Source of the DNA: an uncultured bacterium
GTDB lineage: Bacteria > Cyanobacteriota > Cyanobacteriia > Synechococcales > Synechococcaceae
DNA: 39,169 nt
Assembly: GCA_963923365.1 (NCBI GenBank)
Contig: CAWUMD010000001.1
Span: 1 to 39,169 of the forward strand
Reading direction: 5' to 3'
In this document: piece after piece, positions 1 to 9,219 of the stretch
Layout: the number at the start of each line of letters is the position of its first letter
How positions within the stretch are numbered: the first letter of the stretch is position 1
Notes under the pieces: model-generated
Database searches by the model: none
Seen by the model: only the letters and a program-made list of their open reading frames with translations
What the model was told of the DNA's origin: nothing
Made by a program: the position numbers and the translations under genes

Positions 1-690
1 TTGGGGGAGGCGCAGGGGTTCGGAGGGGGGCAGATCGAGCGATCGCCCCTCCCGGCCGGTTCCGGGCTGCAGCCATTCCAGGGCCAGTTCCCGCACCCGG
101 GCGTCGCTTTCATCCTGCAGGAGCAGGCGGACGGCCTCGGTTCCCAGATGGGTCTGGGCTGCACTGAGCAGCCCGGCCTGCTGCTGCTGCTGTAGCTGGC
201 GCAGGGCCAGCCAGCGATCGAGGCTGCGGCTCTGGCCGAGCTGGGTGAGCAGGTGGTCGAAGTCGAGGCTGCGATCGCTGCCCGACCGGCGCAGCAGCAG
301 GCCCAGCAGGGCAATCAGCCCGAGGCTCTCCAGCAGCAGGGCCGCGGCGGTCCAGGGTTGGCCTTCCTCGAGCCAGATTCCCCCGGCCAGATAGACACTG
401 ACCATGGCGGCACCGCCCACGGCGGCGGTGGAGAGCAACCGTCCCTGGGTGCCCTGGAGCAGACGGCCCAGCCGTTCCAGCCATTGCTGTCCCCGGCGCG
501 ACTGCAGCTGACCGAGGGCCAGCATGGCCCCGGCTCCGGCGGCCAGACTGCTGGTCAGCTGCCAGTCGAGCAGCAGCAGCACCAGGCCGGGTCCGGCCAC
601 CAGCAGCCAGGGTCGCAGACGCAACCAGGCCCCGTTGCCCGGAAGCGGAACAACGGGGCCGGAGGCGCGGCGGGAGCGGCGACGGGGCAT
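1..690 (-). CDS. hypothetical multi-pass membrane protein, 3' end cut by window edge (230 codons visible)
   Basis: Absent from the ORF track because no stop lies inside the window. The minus-strand frame from ATG (690-688) is open to position 1; I checked every in-frame triplet. The translation starts MPRRRSRRASGPVVPLPGNGAWLRLRPWLLVAGPGLVLLLLDW. It has three hydrophobic helices followed by a Leu/Gln-rich tail. The ATG lies 10 nt after the ndhJ stop on the same strand. The competing + ORF 253..783 is low-complexity and overlaps ndhJ. Confidence 0.5.
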   Translation of the reverse strand, partial: MPRRRSRRASGPVVPLPGNGAWLRLRPWLLVAGPGLVLLLLDWQLTSSLAAGAGAMLALGQLQSRRGQQWLERLGRLLQGTQGRLLSTAAVGGAAMVSVYLAGGIWLEEGQPWTAAALLLESLGLIALLGLLLRRSGSDRSLDFDHLLTQLGQSRSLDRWLALRQLQQQQQAGLLSAAQTHLGTEAVRLLLQDESDARVRELALEWLQPGTGREGRSLDLPPSEPLRLPQ

Positions 691-700
691 GGGCTGACCC

Positions 701-1231
701 TTAGTAGGCGTCCTGGAGTTCGAAGAAGTCCGGTTGCACGTAGTCCTTGCGCATCGGCCAGCCGATCCAGTCCTCGGGCATGAGAATGCGCTTCAGATTG
801 GGATGGCCTTCGTAGACGATGCCGAACATGTCATAGGCTTCCCGCTCCTGCCAGTCGGCCCCTTTCCAGATCCAGTAGACCGAGGGAACGCGGGCGTCGT
901 CCCGGGGAAGCGACACCTTCAGCCGAACTTCCTCGGGCCGGTCGGCGTCGCTGGCCACCTTGACCAGGTGGTAGAAGCTGACCAGATCCTGGCCGGGACC
1001 GTTGTCGTAGGCGCCCTGGCACTGCAGGTAGTTGAAGCCGTAGGCGTAAAGGGCTGTGGCCAGAGGCACCAGGAACTGGCGATCGCAGGCAATCATCTCG
1101 ATTCCGAGGTGGTCGCGCTCCAGCACCTGATGGTCGAAGCCGTTACCGCTCAGCCACTGGGAGACCGGGCCGGGTTCGAGGGCGATCGCCTCGGTGCCGT
1201 CGGTGGGCTGCAGATTCGTCTCGTCCGCCAC
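701..1231 (-). CDS. ndhJ: NAD(P)H-quinone oxidoreductase (NDH-1) subunit J
   Basis: The translation contains [29 protein letters not shown] and [34 protein letters not shown], typical of NdhJ/NuoC. GTG start at 1231 directly abuts the ndhK stop. Confidence 0.95.
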   Translation of the reverse strand: MADETNLQPTDGTEAIALEPGPVSQWLSGNGFDHQVLERDHLGIEMIACDRQFLVPLATALYAYGFNYLQCQGAYDNGPGQDLVSFYHLVKVASDADRPEEVRLKVSLPRDDARVPSVYWIWKGADWQEREAYDMFGIVYEGHPNLKRILMPEDWIGWPMRKDYVQPDFFELQDAY

Positions 1232-1954
1232 TTACTGCTTCTCCTTCTGGGATGCCTTCAGGGCCGGGGGCACCGGCAGGCCCATGGCCTGTACCAGTTG
1301 GGCCGGGGGCTGCTGACGACTTTCGCTGGCCAGGTACTCACCGGTGTGAATCGTCGGCACCGCCTTCATCTGGTGCGTGGTGCTGTAGTAGCGGTGGGTC
1401 TGCAGCAGCTTGCCGCGTTCCTGCAGGGACTCGTTGGCCACCTTCTTGCGCAGCTTCACCACCGCATCGATGATCGCCTCGGGCCGGGGCGGACAGCCGG
1501 GGATATAGAGATCGACGGGGATCAGCTTGTCGACCCCGCGCACGGCGGTGGTGGAATCGGCGCTGAACATGCCGCCGGTGATCGTGCAGGCCCCCATGGC
1601 AATCACGTACTTGGGCTCGGGCATCTGCTCGTAGAGGCGCACCAGCGCCGGAGCCATCTTCATGGTCACCGTACCGGCCACGATCAGCAGGTCCGCTTGA
1701 CGCGGGCTGGAACGGGGCACCAGACCGAAGCGGTCGAAGTCGAAGCGGGAGCCCAGCAGGGCGGCGAATTCGATGAAGCAGCAGGCGGTGCCGTAGAGCA
1801 GCGGCCAGAGACTGGAGAGACGGGCCCAGTTGTAGAGGTCATCCAGGCTGGTGAGGATGACGTTCTCCGATAGGTCCCGCGTCACTTCGGGGCGCTCGAT
1901 CGGATTGAGCATCTGCTCGGCGAGGGTTTCCGGGGTGGGATTCGTCAGGACCAT
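1232..1954 (-). CDS. ndhK: NDH-1 subunit K (NuoB-like Fe-S subunit)
   Basis: Contains [25 protein letters not shown] and [11 protein letters not shown] cysteine motifs of NdhK/NuoB. ATG at 1954 overlaps the ndhC stop by 10 nt. Confidence 0.95.
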   Translation of the reverse strand: MVLTNPTPETLAEQMLNPIERPEVTRDLSENVILTSLDDLYNWARLSSLWPLLYGTACCFIEFAALLGSRFDFDRFGLVPRSSPRQADLLIVAGTVTMKMAPALVRLYEQMPEPKYVIAMGACTITGGMFSADSTTAVRGVDKLIPVDLYIPGCPPRPEAIIDAVVKLRKKVANESLQERGKLLQTHRYYSTTHQMKAVPTIHTGEYLASESRQQPPAQLVQAMGLPVPPALKASQKEKQ

Positions 1955-2307
1955 TCGAGGGCTCCTTTACGCCAGGCGTAGGCCAGGCCGATAACCAGGA
2001 TGGCGATGAAGATCAGGGCCTCAACGAAGGCCAGCAGGCCGAGGCGGTTGAAGGCCACGGCCCAGGGGTAGAGGAAGACGGTCTCCACGTCGAAGATCAC
2101 GAAGACCAGGGCGAACATGTAGTAGCGGATATTGAACTGAATCCAGGCACCGCCGATGGGCTCCATGCCGGACTCGTAGGTGGTCCGCCGTTCGGGACCC
2201 CGGCGCTCGGGACGCAGAAGCCGGGATGCTGTCAGTGCCAGAATCGGCACGAGACTGCTGATCAGCAGGAATCCCAGCAGGTATTCGTAGCCACTGAGGA
2301 CAAACAC
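1945..2307 (-). CDS. ndhC: NDH-1 subunit C (subunit 3, NuoA-like), 120 aa
   Basis: [33 protein letters not shown]...[45 protein letters not shown] matches cyanobacterial NdhC full length. I chose the GTG at 2307; the plus strand reads cac at 2305-2307. The track ORF 1945..2475 carries an implausible Arg-rich N-extension. An ATG at 2355 is an alternative start. Confidence 0.9.
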   Translation of the reverse strand: MFVLSGYEYLLGFLLISSLVPILALTASRLLRPERRGPERRTTYESGMEPIGGAWIQFNIRYYMFALVFVIFDVETVFLYPWAVAFNRLGLLAFVEALIFIAILVIGLAYAWRKGALEWS

Positions 2308-2507
2308 GGCGACCTGCACCTTGCGGACGAAAGCTGATGTCCATTCTGCCACCATCCTCCGGGTCAGGTCGGCAGAACTACCTAGACGACCGATGAATCC
2401 TCTTCGAGGGTGACGATTGAGTAGCAGCGGGCTGTCCCGGCCGGTGCGGCGGGGATGCTGTGCGATACTATTCACATTCGTTTACATTTGCCGGTTTTTC
2501 CGTCGCC

Positions 2508-2915
2508 ATGGCATCGCCAGAGCACGACACTGCCCCTGAGCAGACGACCGTTCCGGCCCCCGAGGCCGAAGCCCCTGCCGCCGAGCCGGATGTGGCGGAA
2601 ATCGCTCCCCCGGATCAGTACGAGTGCCGCTCCTGCGGATACATCTACGAGCCTGACAAGGGGGATGATCGGCGCCGGGTGGCGCCGGATACCCGCTTCG
2701 AGGACCTGCCCGACAACTGGCGCTGTCCAATCTGTGGTTCTCCCCAGGTGCAGTTCGTCAGCATCGGTCCCAAGGGGGCACCCTCCGGCTTCAAGGAAAA
2801 CCTTGGCTACGGCTTCGGCGTCAACACCCTCACCTCGGGTCAGAAGAGCGTTCTAATCTTCACCAGCCTGTTGCTGGCGATCGCCTTCTTCCTCAGTCTG
2901 TACGGCCTGCGCTAG
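2508..2915 (+). CDS. rubA: membrane-anchored rubredoxin RubA
   Basis: [10 protein letters not shown] and WRCPICGSP rubredoxin CxxC pairs, plus a C-terminal TM helix ([20 protein letters not shown]). It sits in the conserved position upstream of ycf48-psbEFLJ. ATG at 2508 is preferred over the GTG at 2460. Confidence 0.85.
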   Translation: MASPEHDTAPEQTTVPAPEAEAPAAEPDVAEIAPPDQYECRSCGYIYEPDKGDDRRRVAPDTRFEDLPDNWRCPICGSPQVQFVSIGPKGAPSGFKENLGYGFGVNTLTSGQKSVLIFTSLLLAIAFFLSLYGLR

Positions 2916-2937
2916 GTCGGTTTCCGTTCCGCTGCTC

Positions 2938-3972
2938 ATGGAGTTCTCAGGAATGACTGGTCTGCAACAAACCCTGGGTCGCTGGTTGCGCCCGCTCCAA
3001 TCCCTGGTGGTGATTGCCCTGGTGGCGGTGCTCTGCACGAGCTGCGGCATCGATCGGCTGCAGGCCCTGGAAGCCAACCCCTGGCAGGTGGTGCAGCTGC
3101 CGACCGATAAATCGGTGATCGACCTGGCCTTCACCGGCGATAAGCAGCACGGTTGGATGGTCGGTGTCGATGCCACCCTGCTGGAAACCACCGATGGTGG
3201 CCGCACCTGGTCCGAGCGCAGTCTCGACCTGGGTGACGAGAAGGAACGCTTGGTTTCGGTCAGCTTCAAGGACCAGGAAGGCTGGATTGTCGGTCAGCCC
3301 TCCCTGATGCTGCACACCACCGACGGTGGTAAAAACTGGTCGCGCATTCCCCTCAGCCCCAAACTGCCGGGTGCACCGCTGCTGGTCACGGCCCTGGGCA
3401 AGAACACGGCCGAGATGGCCACGGATGTGGCGGCCATCTACCGCACCAGCGATGGCGGCCGCAACTGGAAGGCCCTGGTCTCCGATGCCGCCGGTGTGGT
3501 TCGTAACCTGACCCGCAACCGCGACGGCCGTTATGTGTCCGTTTCTGCCAAGGGCAACTTCTACTCCACCTGGGAACCCGGCCAGGACAAGTGGGAGCCG
3601 CATCAGCGTAACTCCTCCCGCCGCCTCCAGCGCATGGGTTACCAGCCGGATGGCAACCTCTGGCTGCTGGCCCGGGGCGGCATCATCCAGTTCGCCGGTG
3701 CCGCAACCGAAAGTGGCTGGGGCGAACAGCTCGATCCCAAGCGGGATGGCCTGGGCTTCCTGGACCTGACCTACCGCACCAAACAGGAAATCTGGGCCAG
3801 CGGTGGCAACAGTGTGCTGCTGGTGAGCCGGGATGGTGGTGAGACCTGGCTGCGGGATGACGCCGTTGCCGATCTGCCCTCCAGCTTCTACGAGATCAAG
3901 TTCGTTGGCCCCAACCAGGGCTATATCTTCGGCCAGGGCGGTCTGATGCTGCGCTACGACGCCCCTGCCTGA
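2938..3972 (+). CDS. ycf48: photosystem II assembly/stability factor Ycf48 (HCF136)
   Basis: Repeated TTDGGxxW beta-propeller blades: [40 protein letters not shown]. The N-terminus has a lipoprotein-like LCTSCG. It shows rubA-ycf48-psbE synteny. The start could instead be the Met at 2953. Confidence 0.9.
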   Translation: MEFSGMTGLQQTLGRWLRPLQSLVVIALVAVLCTSCGIDRLQALEANPWQVVQLPTDKSVIDLAFTGDKQHGWMVGVDATLLETTDGGRTWSERSLDLGDEKERLVSVSFKDQEGWIVGQPSLMLHTTDGGKNWSRIPLSPKLPGAPLLVTALGKNTAEMATDVAAIYRTSDGGRNWKALVSDAAGVVRNLTRNRDGRYVSVSAKGNFYSTWEPGQDKWEPHQRNSSRRLQRMGYQPDGNLWLLARGGIIQFAGAATESGWGEQLDPKRDGLGFLDLTYRTKQEIWASGGNSVLLVSRDGGETWLRDDAVADLPSSFYEIKFVGPNQGYIFGQGGLMLRYDAPA

Positions 3973-3994
3973 TCCCCTAATCTGCCCGAGGCCG

Positions 3995-4050
3995 ACGGCC
4001 GGAGAGCCAGTGGACCGCCAGTCCCTGGTTCCCCGGCCGTTTTCTTCCTC
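3995..4050 (+). terminator. stem-loop followed by T-rich tract between ycf48 and psbE (possible partial terminator or processing site)
   Basis: acggccgg (3995-4002) pairs with ccggccgt (4033-4040). An inner ccag/ctgg pairing is possible. The hairpin is followed by tttcttcctc. The large loop makes this weak. Confidence 0.3.
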
Positions 4051-4091
4051 TATGATTAAGAGTGGTTGACTCTAACTGAGGAGAAGCTGCG

Positions 4092-4343
4092 ATGGCTGGC
4101 GGATCGACCGGCGAACGCCCGTTTACCGATATCGTGACCAGTATCCGTTACTGGGTCATTCACAGCATCACCGTTCCGGCTCTGTTCCTGGCTGGCTGGC
4201 TGTTCGTGAGCACCGGTCTGGCCTATGACGCCTTCGGTACCCCCCGTCCGAATGAGTACTTCACCACGGACCGTACCGTCGCTCCGATCATTTCCAACCG
4301 CTACGAAGCCAAGCAGCAGATCGACAACTTCACTGCGAAGTAG
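4092..4343 (+). CDS. psbE: cytochrome b559 alpha subunit
   Basis: [50 protein letters not shown] is canonical PsbE. GAGGAG RBS upstream. Confidence 0.97.
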   Translation: MAGGSTGERPFTDIVTSIRYWVIHSITVPALFLAGWLFVSTGLAYDAFGTPRPNEYFTTDRTVAPIISNRYEAKQQIDNFTAK

Positions 4344-4389
4344 TTCGTTCGGCTGAAATCACGACGAGATTCATCGGAACAATCAAACG

Positions 4390-4524
4390 ATGACCAGCAA
4401 CAATCCGAACCAACCGATCACCTACCCGATCTTTACGGTCCGTTGGCTGTCGGTGCATGCTCTGGCCGTGCCGACTGTCTTCTTCCTGGGTGCGATCGCC
4501 TCGATGCAGTTCATTCATCGCTAA
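4390..4524 (+). CDS. psbF: cytochrome b559 beta subunit, 44 aa
   Basis: Hand translation: [44 protein letters not shown]. Below the ORF-track size cutoff. Confidence 0.95.
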   Translation: MTSNNPNQPITYPIFTVRWLSVHALAVPTVFFLGAIASMQFIHR

Positions 4525-4533
4525 AGAGAACCC

Positions 4534-4656
4534 ATGCCTACCCGTTCTCAGAATCCCAACAAGCAGCCCGTTGAGCTGAACCGGACTTCGCTCTACCTGG
4601 GTCTGCTGCTGGTTTTTGTGCTCGGAGTCCTTTTCTCCAGCTACTTCTTCAACTGA
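4534..4656 (+). CDS. psbL: photosystem II protein L, 40 aa
   Basis: Hand translation: [40 protein letters not shown]. Confidence 0.95.
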   Translation: MPTRSQNPNKQPVELNRTSLYLGLLLVFVLGVLFSSYFFN

Positions 4657-4720
4657 TTTCCGGTTGCTGAAGTCTCTGTAATCCGTATTTCTGAACTCTC
4701 TCAACTTGGAGGTTGACGCT

Positions 4721-4840
4721 GTGTCTGGAGGCGGTCGTATTCCCCTGTGGATCGTTGGTACGGTTGCGGGCACCGGTGTGCTCGTCGTCGTCGGTCTGTT
4801 CTTCTACGGCGCGTATGCCGGTGTCGGTTCCTCCCTCTAA
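4721..4840 (+). CDS. psbJ: photosystem II protein J, 39 aa
   Basis: Hand translation from the GTG at 4721: (M)[46 protein letters not shown] at 4709-4713. Confidence 0.9.
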   Translation: MSGGGRIPLWIVGTVAGTGVLVVVGLFFYGAYAGVGSSL

Positions 4841-4870
4841 GGGCCAACCGCATTGCGCTTCGCATGGATG

Positions 4871-4909
4871 AACCGGGTCGGAAGTCAGGCTTCCGACCCG
4901 GTTCTGTTT
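4871..4909 (+). terminator. Rho-independent terminator of the psbEFLJ operon
   Basis: Perfect 14-bp stem: aaccgggtcggaag (4871-4884) pairs with cttccgacccggtt (4890-4903). The loop is tcagg. The stem is followed by ctgtttg. Confidence 0.8.
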
Positions 4910-4919
4910 GGGCGGGCTT

Positions 4920-6494
4920 TCAGCCCAGGGGCAGGTGGATCGGTGGACTTTCCCGCTGACTCGGCAGTTCGATGGTCACGGCCTCGAGGCTGAGGTCATT
5001 CAGGTCGTCCGGGAGGGAGACGCTGAGGTGGGCGATCGCCTGCTCGCTGTCACCGTCACTGAAATCTGCCACCAGCCGCAGCTGTCCGAGGCGGCGGTTC
5101 TGGCGGTTGTCCTGGAGCCAGAGCTTGACCACCCGCCGGATGCCGCTGCGGGGCAGGCTGACCTGCACGCTAAGATCCCCCCCGCTGAGGACCGGACCCT
5201 GGCAGGTCAGCCGGGGTGCGGGGACGGTATTCTCCGCGGCCTCCGGTGCTGCAGGCTGGGGGGTGAGGTTCGGAGTCTCCGAGACGGAGTTGCTTCCATC
5301 AGTCGCCTCATCCTGGGGAGCCTTGGGCGCCGCAGGGGCAGGCAGCGCCTGCTCGATCATCGAGTGCAGCCGCTCCAGAAAGGGTGGAGCCGGGACCGGT
5401 GGTGCCGGTGGGGTGGGCGGCGGTTCCGGGAAGGGGACGGCGGCCGGGATGGCGGCTGGCAGGATGGGTGTGCCGGGGGTAGCGAAGGGCAGATCCGGGC
5501 TGCGGGGTGCGCTCCCGGTCGATCCCGGCTGAATCAGCGTGAAGGAAATGGCTGGACCGCTGGTCTCGGTCTCTACCTGCGGTGCTTCCGCGGCGACGGC
5601 GGGCAGCGGCTGATCCGGAACGGTGAGGGAGGAGGGCTCCTCCAGCTCGCTGCTGGCTGATTCGCTCGGGGCGCTGAGGGTTGGCGCCGGTGGCGTCACC
5701 GTCGCGGGCTCCGGCTCCGGGCGGGGCAGCGGCGGCTGGAACAGGTTCAGTTCAATCGCTTCGGTGAGCTGGCGATCGCCCCACTGGAAGCGCACCTGGC
5801 CAGCGAGACTGCCGCCAGCCGCCTGTACCGGGACGCTCACCGGCAGGCTGAAGGTCCAGGGAAAGGACGGTGGATTGAGGGCGCTGGTGTGACTGCACTG
5901 CCAGTCATTCCCGCGGCGCAGATCGATGGCCAGTTCCGCCTGCCTCAGATCTGGCGGGGGGCTGGGGTTGCCCAGCAGCTGCAACTCACCGCTGAGGGTG
6001 AGCAGCTCCCCCGGCTGGACCCAGAAGCGGCTCTGGCGCAGCAGGATGCGGAACTGTGGCTCGGGGGTCGGGGTCGGCGGCGAAGTCAGGGGAGTGTCTG
6101 CGGTGACGGAGGGCTCGGGGGTCGCGGCGGGCTGACTGAGATCGTCATCGGCATCCCGGGCCAGGACCTGCAGCCGTAGCCGGGCCTCAGGGCTCTCGGG
6201 CCACTCCAGATCCCAGATCCCGGGGCGCAGATAGGTGAAGGGAAAAACCTCCAGCTGTCCCTGGGAGTCGCTGTGCTGTTCCGCCTCGTGGACGCGTCGG
6301 GGTTGTCCCGGCTCCTGGGGGTTGCGGTAGACGATGCGGTAGGTCAGACGCTGATCGGTGGGTAGCTGCCGGATCAGAAGGCGGTAGCGACCTTCGAGAA
6401 TCTCGATCTCGTGGGTCTCCACCGGCAGGGCGCAGTCGTCGCCCTCCTGTTGCAGCTCCAGTTGCCAGTCCCTCATCCGTCTGATGCCTGTCAT
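4920..6494 (-). CDS. hypothetical protein with three beta-rich modules separated by long proline-rich linkers
   Basis: Long ORF on the same strand as hisS, 31 nt downstream of it. Start set to the ATG at 6494 (MTGIRRMRDWQLELQQ). The track start at 6626 would overlap hisS by 100 nt. An ATG at 6476 is an alternative. I recognise no family. Confidence 0.6.
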   Translation of the reverse strand: MTGIRRMRDWQLELQQEGDDCALPVETHEIEILEGRYRLLIRQLPTDQRLTYRIVYRNPQEPGQPRRVHEAEQHSDSQGQLEVFPFTYLRPGIWDLEWPESPEARLRLQVLARDADDDLSQPAATPEPSVTADTPLTSPPTPTPEPQFRILLRQSRFWVQPGELLTLSGELQLLGNPSPPPDLRQAELAIDLRRGNDWQCSHTSALNPPSFPWTFSLPVSVPVQAAGGSLAGQVRFQWGDRQLTEAIELNLFQPPLPRPEPEPATVTPPAPTLSAPSESASSELEEPSSLTVPDQPLPAVAAEAPQVETETSGPAISFTLIQPGSTGSAPRSPDLPFATPGTPILPAAIPAAVPFPEPPPTPPAPPVPAPPFLERLHSMIEQALPAPAAPKAPQDEATDGSNSVSETPNLTPQPAAPEAAENTVPAPRLTCQGPVLSGGDLSVQVSLPRSGIRRVVKLWLQDNRQNRRLGQLRLVADFSDGDSEQAIAHLSVSLPDDLNDLSLEAVTIELPSQRESPPIHLPLG

Positions 6495-6525
6495 CTGGAC
6501 GTCGACCCTACCATACGTCCTGTCT

Positions 6526-7824
6526 TCAGACCGGGCTGAGACTCCCCTGACGCTCCACAACCAATCGCGCCCGCAGGGCGGCTGGATCGGCCAGCAGATC
6601 GGCCTGGGCGATCGTCTCCTGGGCACCGCTGGTCAGCCACTTGAGGTTGACGGTTCCCGCTTCCGCTTCGGCATCGCCGAGTACCAGACAAGCGCAGGCG
6701 CCGCTGCGATCGGCTCGCTTGAACTGCTTGCCGAAGGCGCTGCCGCTGACGTCGAGTTCGACCCCGAAGCCCTGCTGACGCAGCGCCCGTGCCAGCCCGA
6801 GGGAACGGGCTTCCGCCTGCTCACCCCGGGAGACGAGGTAGAAGTCGATGCTCTGACTGTCGGCCTGATCCTGCTGCTGGAGCAGCAGTACCAGCCGCTC
6901 GAGACCCGTGGCCCAGCCGACGGCGGGGGTGTCGGGGCCGCCCAGCTGGGCTACCAGACCGTCGTAGCGACCGCCCCCCAGGACCGTGGCCTGGGCACCC
7001 AGATCCGAGGAGATGATCTCGAAGGCAGTGTGGCTGTAGTAGTCGAGGCCCCGCACCAGCCGCGGATTGAGCCGGTAGTCGATGCCCAGGTGGCTCAGCT
7101 GGGTCTGGACGCCGTCGAAGAAGCGGCGGGAGTCGTCGCTGAGGTGATCGAGGATGCTGGGGGCGGCGGCGGTGATTTCCTGGGTACGGGCGTCCTTGCT
7201 GTCGAGAATCCGCAGTGGGTTGCGCTCCAGCCGGTCCTGGGAGTCGGCGTCGAGGTCCGCCCGGTAGGGGCTGAGGTAGTCCACCAGGGCCTGACGGTAG
7301 GCAGCCCGATCCGCGGGGGTACCGACGGAGTTCAGGTCCAGGTGCAGATGCTTCAGCCCCAGACTCTGCAGCAGATCGGTACCCAGGGCGATCGCCTCGG
7401 CATCGGCCCGGGGATCGGCGCTGCCGAGCATCTCCAGGCCGATCTGGTGGAACTGGCGCTGACGCCCGGCCTGGGGCCGCTCGTAGCGGAACATCGGACC
7501 CTGGTACCAGAGGCGCTGGATGCCTCCCTGGGCGTGGAGCGAGTGTTCGATGAAGGCGCGCACGGCCCCGGCGGTACCTTCGGGGCGCAGGGTGATGGTG
7601 CGATCGCCCCGATCCCGGAAGCTGTACATCTCCTTGCCGACCACGTCGGTGGCTTCGCCGATGCCCCGCTCGAACAGGTGGGTCTGTTCGAAGATCGGGG
7701 TGCGGATTTCGCGTACGGCGGCGCGGGCGAACAGATCCCGGGCAGTGGCCTCAATCCGCTGCCAGTAACCGACCTCGTCGGGCAGGATGTCCCGGGTGCC
7801 CCGCAGGGCCTGAATCGTTGCCAT
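6526..7824 (-). CDS. hisS: histidine--tRNA ligase
   Basis: [58 protein letters not shown] and GGGRYDGL are class II HisRS motifs. Start at the ATG at 7824. Confidence 0.95.
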   Translation of the reverse strand: MATIQALRGTRDILPDEVGYWQRIEATARDLFARAAVREIRTPIFEQTHLFERGIGEATDVVGKEMYSFRDRGDRTITLRPEGTAGAVRAFIEHSLHAQGGIQRLWYQGPMFRYERPQAGRQRQFHQIGLEMLGSADPRADAEAIALGTDLLQSLGLKHLHLDLNSVGTPADRAAYRQALVDYLSPYRADLDADSQDRLERNPLRILDSKDARTQEITAAAPSILDHLSDDSRRFFDGVQTQLSHLGIDYRLNPRLVRGLDYYSHTAFEIISSDLGAQATVLGGGRYDGLVAQLGGPDTPAVGWATGLERLVLLLQQQDQADSQSIDFYLVSRGEQAEARSLGLARALRQQGFGVELDVSGSAFGKQFKRADRSGACACLVLGDAEAEAGTVNLKWLTSGAQETIAQADLLADPAALRARLVVERQGSLSPV

Positions 7825-7918
7825 TGGACTGTTCGTCGCTCCGCAGAAGAAAGCCCTCGGCAGCACGCCGTCGGGCCTGTTCGTACTCTTACCAGATTGC
7901 GTCCGGTCGCCGCCGTGC

Positions 7919-8194
7919 CTACTCCTCAGGCGGGGCCGCAGTGGGCAGGATGCAGCAGTTCACCTGATCGACGCAGACCTTGCCCGACTGCAGGGCCCAG
8001 CGGAACAGGGCCACCCGGTTGTCCGTGCCGGTCTTGGTGAGGATATTGCTGATGTGGTTGTCGACGGTGCGTTTGCTGATGTCCAGCTGGGCGGCAATTT
8101 CCTGATTGGTCAGCCCGGCTGCCACAAGCTCGACGATCTGCAGTTCCCGCTCCGAGAGGGAACCGTGATGACTGAACTCGCCGCTTGCAACCAT
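7919..8194 (-). CDS. small stand-alone LuxR-type HTH regulator (PedR-like), 91 aa
   Basis: [44 protein letters not shown] is a LuxR/GerE HTH. The C-terminal tail carries Cys residues ([10 protein letters not shown]). Start at the ATG at 8194. The track's longer N-extension is low-complexity. Confidence 0.75.
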   Translation of the reverse strand: MVASGEFSHHGSLSERELQIVELVAAGLTNQEIAAQLDISKRTVDNHISNILTKTGTDNRVALFRWALQSGKVCVDQVNCCILPTAAPPEE

Positions 8195-8282
8195 TGAGCT
8201 GTACCGGACGGTATTTCTACTTACCGAGTGTAGCCATCCTGTTCCGAATTGCGTCAGAGCCCCGCAGGGCTGGGAGGACCGT

Positions 8283-9218
8283 ATGATGTCGCCATCCGTG
8301 TTGGGGTTTGGGGAACTGCTGGTGGACCTGATCGAGACCCCGGTGGGCTGGGTGCCCCAACCGGGGGGTGCACCGGCCAATGTGATCTGTGCCCTGGCCA
8401 GTTGGGGGCATACGACGGCGTTGGTGACAGCCCTGGGAGCGGATGTCTCCGGGGAGATGCTGAGCGCGCTGCTGCAGCGGCGGGGCGTGGACCTGCGGGG
8501 GGTGCAGCAGCATCCGAGTGCCCCGACCCGGCGGGTGGAGGTGCAGCGGGATGCGGGGGGCGATCGCCGCTTCGGGGGCTTTGAGGGGCGGGATACCCGC
8601 GAGTTTGCCGATGCCCATATTCAGGCGGCTGCGATCCCCGAGGCGTTGTTCGAGGGGTTGCGACTGCTGGTCTGCGGCACGATTCCCCTGGCCTACCCGG
8701 AGAGCGCTGCTGCTCTAGCGCACTGCCTGGAGCGGGCGACGGCGGTGGGTGCCGAGGTACTGCTCGACGTCAACTGGCGGCCGATGTTCTGGCCCGAGCC
8801 TGCCGAGGCACCCGAGAGGATTGTCCCGCTACTGGCTCGGGTGCAGTGGCTGAAGCTGGCCCGGGAGGAAGCGGAATGGCTGTTCGCGACAGCGGACTCC
8901 CAGGCGATCGCCCGTGACTATCCCCACCTGCAGGGGGTGCTGATCACCGATGGGGCGAAGGGCTGCCGCTGGTGGCTGGCGGGGTTCAGCGGCGAGACCC
9001 CGGCCTTCCGGGTGCGGGCGATCGACACTACCGGCGCCGGGGACAGTTTCGTGGCCGGATTCATCCACCGGCTGCTGACGGATCGGGCTGCAACCCTGGC
9101 GGACCCGGCGGCGGCGATCCGCTGGGCCAGTGCCGCCGGAGCCCTGACCACGCGCAAGGAAGGGGCGATCGCCGCCCAGCCGACCCTGGATCGGATCGCC
9201 GCCTTCCTGGAGGAATGA
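8283..9218 (+). CDS. PfkB-family carbohydrate kinase (fructokinase-like)
   Basis: N-terminal FGELLVDL...GGAPANV and C-terminal DTTGAGDSFVAGF are PfkB signatures. Confidence 0.85.
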   Translation: MMSPSVLGFGELLVDLIETPVGWVPQPGGAPANVICALASWGHTTALVTALGADVSGEMLSALLQRRGVDLRGVQQHPSAPTRRVEVQRDAGGDRRFGGFEGRDTREFADAHIQAAAIPEALFEGLRLLVCGTIPLAYPESAAALAHCLERATAVGAEVLLDVNWRPMFWPEPAEAPERIVPLLARVQWLKLAREEAEWLFATADSQAIARDYPHLQGVLITDGAKGCRWWLAGFSGETPAFRVRAIDTTGAGDSFVAGFIHRLLTDRAATLADPAAAIRWASAAGALTTRKEGAIAAQPTLDRIAAFLEE

Positions 9219-9219
9219 C

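Noticed and set aside
253-783. 176-aa + strand ORF at the left end
   Set aside because: It is the complementary frame of the more protein-like minus ORF 1-690. It overlaps ndhJ and translates to Gln/Gly/Pro low-complexity sequence.
734-1873. 379-aa + strand ORF
   Set aside because: It is antisense to ndhJ and ndhK, whose products are unmistakable. The translation is Gly/Ala/Arg/Leu-rich low-complexity sequence typical of shadow frames in GC-rich DNA.
1945-2475. Long N-terminal extensions in track ORFs: ndhC 176 aa, LuxR 153 aa, 13924..14529 201 aa, CysQ-like 309 aa, 20872..21429 185 aa, 4920..6626 568 aa, hisS 446 aa
   Set aside because: The upstream-most start codons add Arg/Pro/Gly-rich segments that overlap neighbouring genes. 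Internal starts that match the conserved N-termini were used instead.
6484-8040. 518-aa + strand ORF
   Set aside because: Antisense shadow of hisS, extending into the LuxR gene. No recognisable motifs.
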